In this document: piece after piece, positions 27,127-29,620 of the stretch
Numbering within the stretch: position 1 is the first letter of the stretch
Layout: each line of letters begins with the position of its first letter
Source of the DNA: a virus
Taxonomy: Duplodnaviria; Caudoviricetes
IMG/VR virus record: IMGVR_UViG_3300044676_004539
Coordinates: 1-29,620 of that record
Length of the DNA stretch: 29,620 nt
Reading direction: 5' to 3' (one strand)
Notes under the pieces: model-generated
The model's input: only the letters and a program-made list of their open reading frames with translations
Told to the model about the DNA's origin: nothing
Databases searched by the model: none
Position numbers and translations under genes: made by a program

Positions 27127-27505
27127 GTCGATAACTCCAAACATTTATTGGACAAGAATTGAAACTTACGGAACCCCAGGAATACCAGATTTACTGGGAG
27201 TTTATGTAGATAAATCTTTAAAGAAGAATATTTCTTTTTGGTGTGAATTGAAGCTAACAAAAGGAAACAAACTAGATCTCTCACCTTTCCAAATTTCATG
27301 GAATTTAAAGCGTTATTCTCTATGCCAAGATAATTTTATTATGGCCAAGGGGGTGGAAGAGAGGAAGATTTTCTTTTGGCCAGGAGCCGTGGCCCGTGAG
27401 CTTGTCATCAACTACAAGGACGTTGAACCTTTGTTCACGATCGACCAACCATGGACGCATGTGCTTGAGCCCGCTATCGGGCGTGTGCTTGTGCATGTCC
27501 CTTAG
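26930..27505 (+). CDS. VRR-NUC/Holliday-junction resolvase-like nuclease
   Basis: ESTFW...RIE...GIPDL...FWCELK...LSPFQ; start uncertain. Confidence 0.75.
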   Translation: MASRLVGRETNSNLLKKNSESDFVLSKEKRFALLKKEKQSPKDRKKKTATPSVKRGRESTFWKNVRSITPNIYWTRIETYGTPGIPDLLGVYVDKSLKKNISFWCELKLTKGNKLDLSPFQISWNLKRYSLCQDNFIMAKGVEERKIFFWPGAVARELVINYKDVEPLFTIDQPWTHVLEPAIGRVLVHVP

Positions 27506-27546
27506 AATTTTGGGAGATAATATTTGCCCTGGGACTCCAGCTCTTG

Positions 27547-28282
27547 GTAATATTTTATTACTTTCCAGATGGCAGCTTGCTCCGCAGCTGAATCACTACG
27601 GAGCATTTTTTTTCTGAGTCGGGCAATCTCTTGACCGGTGGTCGTGAGCCTATGATCGTTGTTCATCTGCCTTCATCTTCTTGTGCATGTAATCGTTCCA
27701 CCTGGACTCGTCAAAGTTTGGTGCGTGTCGCTGAGCAAAACTTTTAATTTGGCTTGCGACTGCCTCAAGATCTTGGTCGCCAGGTCCTGTGCATGTTTCT
27801 GCCTTTTGCTGTGCATCGTAGACGATGTCGGCTAGTTCTTTTAAATGTTTCTTTGTTATTGTCATAACAAATCCTTTCTATATATTCTCCCATAATCTAT
27901 CAAAAAAGACCTGGATCTGCAAATAAAAAATGGTCATAAATTATTACCTTGTAGCTCCCCAGGGCCCGCAGCTCCGGATCGTGATTCGTCATAAATTATT
28001 ACTTTATGAGCTGACCTGGTGCCGGGGTTGCTGGTGCGTGATTCGTCATAAATTATTACCGGAGTGCCTGTGCTTGAGCCTGCGTCCTCTGCCTGTGCTT
28101 GTGCGTGCGATTGTGCTTGTGAATTTTTCACGGCCCACGGAAAGCTGCATGAGCTTGTGCGTGTGATTGGTAATATTTTATTACTTTTAGGATCTGGAGA
28201 CCTGGGGACGCCTGAGCATTGGGGTAATATTTTATTACTTTGCCCTGACGCCCCCTGAAATTTTTGAGTCATAAATTATTAC
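27547..28282. repeat. Array of the 15-bp palindrome GT(A/C)ATA-WWT-TATTAC
   Basis: Copies start at 27547, 27933, 27988, 28045, 28170, 28224 and 28268. Confidence 0.85.
27650..27865 (-). CDS. Hypothetical phage protein
   Basis: 71 aa, GAAAGGA SD, TKKH...LA...PNFD..RW pattern. Confidence 0.7.
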   Translation of the reverse strand: MTITKKHLKELADIVYDAQQKAETCTGPGDQDLEAVASQIKSFAQRHAPNFDESRWNDYMHKKMKADEQRS

Positions 28283-28503
28283 TAGTCAAAAATTTCTATT
28301 AAAGACTCTTTCAATGGATAGTTATCAACAAAGCCATTAACGTCATTAACGTCTTTTCCTGTTGATGACTCAAACTTTAAAACTAATTCTTTTAATAGTC
28401 TTAATTCCGCATTGAGTCGATCTACTGACTTCAAAATTCTGATTTCTTGAGAAAGTTCAATTACAGAATTTTCTTTCATTTCTACTATTTCGTTTATTTT
28501 CAT
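28282..28503 (-). CDS. Hypothetical protein
   Basis: 73 aa with GAGGT SD. Confidence 0.55.
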   Translation of the reverse strand: MKINEIVEMKENSVIELSQEIRILKSVDRLNAELRLLKELVLKFESSTGKDVNDVNGFVDNYPLKESLIEIFD

Positions 28504-28598
28504 TCTAAATACCTCACGAATATTTATTAATTAGTTATATAAATATAGATATTTTTATATATAATACAAACAGAATATTCAGAAAGGAAAAAACAATT

Positions 28599-29620
28599 AT
28601 GAATATTAGAAATGTAATAGAAAGACTCAGAAAGATTTATAATAGCGACTCTGAGAATTTCACAAAATGCGAACTAATGGAAAACATCCTTAGAGCGTAT
28701 CAAAGAAGTATTGAAGATAGAATTATGAAAAAATTCCACAATGGTTTTTTTGATATTTCAATTCATACTACCAGAAGCATTATCAGAAAAAAAATAAACG
28801 CAATTGCTGATTTAATTAATATGCAAATTGAGGGGCTATTAGATAATTCTAATATCAATCTATTTGTTTGTTATGAAGAAAATCAGTTTTATGTTTCTAA
28901 TTATTTTTTAACTACTACCGATAACAGAACAATTTCGCAAGATGCGTATGAAGACGACTATTTTACTTGTACAGAATGCGATAATATTTGTCATAATGAC
29001 GACTCAAGAACATATTACGAAAATGATGATGATCTTTATTGTTATGACTGCGTCAGTGAGAATGGGTGGTATTGTGATTACCATGATGATACTCATCATT
29101 CGGATTATAATTGTGAAGAAAATGAGGATGAGGATAGACCGAATTATAATCTTGATGATTTTAATGAAAGAATATTTCTTCATTTTTTAGGTAAGGCAAT
29201 CGCTGAAGCGGGAATACAAAATGCAAATGTATTAATCGATAGTGTTTTATTTTATGGTATTGAGGTTGAACTTCATACAAGACATGAAGTTATTTCAAGA
29301 TATGACATTGTTGAAAAATTTCGTGATACTATGAATTCTGAAAAAGAATTTATTCTTTGCAAACACGATGGCAGTCTTCATGCCGATCATGGTTTTGAAC
29401 TAGTATCAACAAATGCAACTTTTCATTATCATAAAAAAACATTTTGGAATGAGTTTTTTGAACTTAACCCAAATGAATTTGTAAAGGCTTATCATGGTTA
29501 TAATTGCGGAATACACATTCATTTTTCCAGATCAGCATTTACAGATAATCAGTTAAGACGTTTAAATTGTTTCTATAACAATCCACAAAATAGAAAGCTG
29601 ATTGTTGAAATTGCGGGGCG
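28599..29620 (+). CDS. Putative amidoligase (COOH-NH2 ligase, Amidoligase_2-like) with N-terminal Cys-rich region, 3' truncated (not in ORF track)
   Basis: Hand translation is open to the window end: YGIEVE, KHDGSL, GFELVS, CGIHIHFSR; upstream CTEC and CYDC; GAAAGGA SD. Confidence 0.82.
   Translation, partial: MNIRNVIERLRKIYNSDSENFTKCELMENILRAYQRSIEDRIMKKFHNGFFDISIHTTRSIIRKKINAIADLINMQIEGLLDNSNINLFVCYEENQFYVSNYFLTTTDNRTISQDAYEDDYFTCTECDNICHNDDSRTYYENDDDLYCYDCVSENGWYCDYHDDTHHSDYNCEENEDEDRPNYNLDDFNERIFLHFLGKAIAEAGIQNANVLIDSVLFYGIEVELHTRHEVISRYDIVEKFRDTMNSEKEFILCKHDGSLHADHGFELVSTNATFHYHKKTFWNEFFELNPNEFVKAYHGYNCGIHIHFSRSAFTDNQLRRLNCFYNNPQNRKLIVEIAG

Noticed and set aside
27930-28272. ORFs 27930-28166(+), 27934-28272(-) and 28064-28258(+)
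   Set aside because: They are translations of the DNA repeats, without convincing SD or protein-like composition.
27933-28282. CRISPR array
   Set aside because: Repeat core is only 15 bp in two variants, spacing is irregular, linkers are low-complexity, and there are no cas genes in the window.
28942-29190. 82-aa Met/Ile-rich ORF
   Set aside because: Out-of-frame reading of the GAT/TAT-rich part of the amidoligase gene.
1-29620. Alternative genetic code, DGR/retron or prophage boundary
   Set aside because: All three stop codons end genes normally; no reverse transcriptase, integrase or host housekeeping genes were seen.

Overview
An AT-rich tailed-phage genome segment, podovirus-like. Gene content and order resemble marine alphaproteobacterial (pelagiphage/HTVC023P-like) phages; this is an inference, not a database match. 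1-10.7 kb (+): tail and ejection (internal virion) proteins, a virion muralytic domain and a GH24 endolysin. 10.7-18.9 kb (-): replication module with DUF3310, family A DNA polymerase (Leu762 type), SF1/UvrD helicase, AEP primase, SSB and a C5-cytosine methyltransferase. 19-22.6 kb (+): SNF2 helicase, gamma-glutamylcyclotransferase, an RHH regulator and a strongly structured intergenic region. 22.6-25.9 kb (-): small accessory genes, a SAM methyltransferase and an HNH nuclease. 26.2-27.5 kb (+): terminase small subunit and two PD-(D/E)XK nucleases. Then an array of palindromic repeats and a partial amidoligase gene. Main findings: (1) a ~250-nt multi-stem ncRNA candidate plus a separate promoter/terminator-bounded ~70-nt sRNA; (2) a 15-bp palindrome present in 7 copies near the right end, with an eighth variant inside the sRNA promoter; (3) a helicase that apparently starts at ATT; (4) a split MTase whose motif IX is in an overprinted frame; (5) an amidoligase/GGCT pair; (6) several microproteins missed by the ORF track.
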